Below, one piece after another: positions 60,307 through 64,000 of a stretch of 64,000 bases of DNA. The notes beneath the pieces were generated by a model, which was given only the letters and a program-made list of their open reading frames with translations, did no database searches and was not told the origin of the DNA. Made by a program: the position numbers and the translations under genes. The DNA comes from Schmidtea polychroa (taxonomy: Eukaryota): NCBI GenBank assembly GCA_044892525.1, contig CM097885.1, forward strand, positions 19,098,001 to 19,162,000, read 5' to 3'. Position 1 is the stretch's first letter. Every line of letters begins with the position of its first letter.

Positions 60307-61450
60307 GCCATTCGTCTTCTTTTTCACTATATATTTCGATAGCATCACTATCATCATCAGGTTACCTACATTTACGACGGATGAATAAATATACTATATT
60401 GATAATATATAAACAAATTATAAAAACTATAAATTTTAAATTATAAATAAAAATTTTAAACAATTATTTTTTTTAAAAAATAATTTTCAATAATCAATAA
60501 TATTTAAACTTTTAAAATTATTTAAAAAATATTATTTTAATTATTTTTTAAATTTAAACAATAAAATGATAATTTAAGCCTTTTGCTGCAAATAATGTAT
60601 TTATCGAAAAAATATTCCACTATAATATAGTCCTTGTTTAAATTGTTTAACATAACTATTATTCAATATACATCAACATACAAAATTTAATTAAAAACAT
60701 TCAACACACACGTATTCATTGCATTCTGCACATTGATTTTAGGATTAAATATTCTTATCAATAATGCTTCACATATCACAAGCTCAAAACAATTATCAAA
60801 TTTTTTGATAAGATTTTAAAATCAGACATTCCTAATTCTCTCATACAGACTTTATTGTGATCCTTAATATTGGATACTCATGAAATAGCAAAATCTCTGT
60901 GTAAAAACTGCAGTAATATCCATTTAATATAAAAGGAAATTAAAACTAGAGACGTATATAGTTGTATTATTACTAGCAATGAATATTAGACCATTTAACC
61001 ATACCAATAGTTTTCATCGGGAAAGTAGTCAAAAATAAAAACTTTCCGATCTTTGCATTTTTTCGGCAGACAAGAGCAATCAAGAAATTGCAGTTAACAT
61101 TTAATTTATTACAAAATTCTCCGATATTTGTCACATTGAATCTATGTCGATCAACGTGATAATAGACATGTCGTTTTTTCAATTGCAAAATATGGATGAT
61201 CTTTGTAGTTTTTCTTTAAATGACTTAATTTTAAGTCAAAGAATAATTTTCCGATCATGCTCACTGTCAATATGAATTTATTATTATCATCTTTATTTAA
61301 TTCAAATTATATTATTTGTTATTATAATTTATTAATGATATTAATATAAAGAATTTAAAATAAACATTTTCTTATTTACATCGGATATTTACATTCTGCT
61401 ATATCCTATTCAGACCTAAAAAACCTATTCATTTTTCTAGTATCTGTATT
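60307..61450 (-). mobile_element. Penelope-like element remnant with a hammerhead-bearing pseudo-LTR
   Basis: Pseudo-LTR 60307-60550 homologous to 28900-29190; GIY-YIG tail DFKIL..LVICEALLIRIFNPKINVQ at about 60730-60825; KTIGMVKWSNIH. Confidence 0.65.
60326..60363 (-). ncRNA. Minimal type I hammerhead ribozyme-like motif
   Basis: AC-CTGATGA-T-GATAG(TGATG)CTATC-GAA-ATATAT-A-GT with a perfect 5-bp stem II. Confidence 0.55.
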
Positions 61451-61727
61451 TTGTATATAAGATAGGTAATATGTAATTGTATATGTAAAATGTACCATCA
61501 ATTACATTATTTTAAATCCTTTATATAAATTATTAATGTTAATCATTGAATGCATTCGTTTTAATGTATTCATAGCATTAAAACAACACATTTAAACAAC
61601 TCAAACATTAGCAATTTAATTCCTAGATTACGTAATAAATGAATTTTATACATATTACCAGTTATCCCAACTTGCAATTAATTTCCTTTTTTAATTAATC
61701 AATCTTAAATTATTTGTATTATAAAAC

Positions 61728-61752
61728 AATAATAATAATAATAATAATTATA

Positions 61753-61838
<86 letters not shown>
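61728..61838. repeat. (AAT)n/(ATT)n microsatellite
   Basis: Direct observation. Confidence 0.9.
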
Positions 61839-61839
<1 letters not shown>

Positions 61840-62522
61840 ATTTTTGATTTAATTTTAATTTTAATTTTTTTTTATTACTATTACTATTAACTTCATTAAT
61901 TATATTTCATTTTCTTTCATGTATATGTTTCTAAAAAATTTACTAATTAATAAAATTCTTTGCACAAAATCTTTCAAAGCCAAAACTGTTGATGATAATT
62001 TTCAAAGGTTTAATTAATTAATCAATTAATTTCTTTGCCCACAGTTGATATTTGATACAGAGGAATTTTACACCGATTGATCGATATATTTGTGAATATT
62101 GGGTAAGATCACAGAGTGTGATCTGATTGATAGGGGCACTGATTGGTGTTCATTCACCAATACCCAACTGTTGCTGTCAACAGACGATTGAACTTCAAAT
62201 TTTATCTCGATTTCCCCTGTCGTTTTTACTAAATCACTTATGACAGTTTCATTATTATAGAAATTAAAAAAATACATATTCACGATAAATTTAGATGATA
62301 AACAATTTCAAGTTAACTGAGTGATGGAAATTTATTTATTAGTAACGTTTATAAAATAAAAACAATGCAAATTTTACAATTAATATCTAATTTTTTATTT
62401 AAATAGAATAAGAGTGATAAAGTTTATTCTAGAATTCATATTTTCTTGACGCTCGTTTTGGTACATAATTGTATCATTCTATTTAATATTCATCGTCGCA
62501 ACAAATATTATTTTTGTAGAGG

Positions 62523-62662
<140 letters not shown>

Positions 62663-62698
62663 TTAACTTGAAAAAGGCAGTGCCGAAAATTCGTGAAT
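62663..62698 (+). ncRNA. Minimal hammerhead-like motif, U3-A8 core variant
   Basis: TAAC-TTGAAAA-A-GGC(AGT)GCC-GAA-AATT-C-GTGA at the start of a pseudo-LTR repeat (62661-62790). Confidence 0.55.
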
Positions 62699-63199
62699 AT
62701 CAAAAACATCGATATATTTACTGATTCATAGTCAAGCTTTTTAATAAATACAATGGAAAAGAAATCAGTGGTGAAATTTGAAAAAAAAGTTCTTATAATA
62801 ATATTAATAATTATAATAAATTTCATATATTTTGTTAAAAAATTTTAATATTTAAATATTTAATATTTAATATTATTTATTAAGTATTTAAATGCATATC
62901 ATTAAATATACCGCTGTTTTTATGCGAACCTTTAGGTTTTAACATTTTCACATGCGATATAATGTGTATTAACAATCGCCTAGATAATATATAACTTTTA
63001 TTGTCATATAACATATTACAAATTATAAACATAACTATAATAAATCCTGAAGCCGTTTAAATTATTATGAAAATATAAACTTTCAAATAATTAAATTTTT
63101 CAACATGACTTAAATTATATGTTCATTTTGGTTATATAGTTATTTGTAAATTATTTATATTTATTATTTATATATCGTAATATAAAAACACTTAAAAGA

Positions 63200-64000
63200 G
63201 AGCTTGAAAACTATAAATCAGTAATATATTGATGTGTTGAGGATACCTAAATAACAATTTATAAAGAAATAAATAAAGTTACCTGGGGGAAGATCGCCAT
63301 GACAAACGGGATGATCTATTGGAACTCGGGAAAGAGAGCGGAAGTAAAAAGAAATTAAAATGAGAATATAAAGGAAATAAAAGGAATCAAACAGGAAAAT
63401 AAAAACCAAGGTCAGTACTAATTAATTAGTACAAAAAGGAAAAGGAATTTTGAAATCGGGGAAAAAGGAAAACAACAATATCCTTATCTTAACAGCTTGC
63501 CAGTGATAACAGAATTAATGGGATAAGGCCATTGAAACAACAATTTGGAAGAAATATTTGAATCAAATTGAAGCAGAAAAACTAAAAAGAAAACTGAAAT
63601 AAAAGAGAATCAGCAAATTGTTCATTCAGTTGATAATAGAGTAAAGTTAGACTAGTAAAGCCAAGTAAAAATCAGAGAACAACCAGTTAAAATTACCAAT
63701 TATTATACTCTTTAGTTGTGAGAGGTTTGACAAATCAAAGTTATACGAGTGTGCTATTCTTCACCATAGTGTTGTAATAAGCACGGTATAATAGTCAGCT
63801 TGTTGAGTCAATTGTATCATTGTGAAAATATTTGTGATATTCAATAAAGTTTCCAGTGTTAATTGTTATTTGTGTGTGGCAGTCAAAGACACGCTTGGAG
63901 TCAGAGTAAGAGTTCTAATTCTATCACCAACTCAATAACCCAACAGATGTTTTTTGATACTCACGAATTTTCGACACTGCCTTTTTCAAGTGAATTTAAT
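63200..64000 (+). mobile_element. Penelope-like remnant ending in an inverted pseudo-LTR
   Basis: GIY-YIG-like VWQSKTRL.VRV near 63870-63915; pseudo-LTR family sequence at both ends. Confidence 0.4.
63961..63993 (-). ncRNA. Minimal hammerhead-like motif, U3-A8 core variant
   Basis: TCAC-TTGAAAA-A-GGC(AGT)GTC-GAA-AATT-C-GTGA with a perfect stem I TCAC/GTGA. Confidence 0.6.

Overview
Very AT-rich eukaryotic genomic DNA; a planarian flatworm (Schmidtea/Dugesia-like) is inferred from base composition, 40-47 nt introns, (AAT)n tracts and the transposon types. The only intact host gene is a protocadherin on the minus strand (10893-13700) with 7 cadherin repeats in one exon. The rest is mostly nested transposon debris: a Tc1 element, two hAT elements, several hAT MITEs, Merlin, piggyBac and Tigger/pogo derivatives, a young 5-kb Gypsy element, a 3.6-kb TG..CA solo-LTR-like element with an internal ORF, and several Penelope-like elements with minimal hammerhead-ribozyme motifs. 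The most notable region is a decayed Polinton/Maverick (about 55.8-60.3 kb). Next to its packaging ATPase, integrase and minor-capsid fragment it carries a TATA-binding-protein-like gene, a Bcl-2-like pseudogene and small unknown genes, several with short spliceosomal introns, including one in the integrase catalytic core. All calls come from manual motif reading; no database searches were run.
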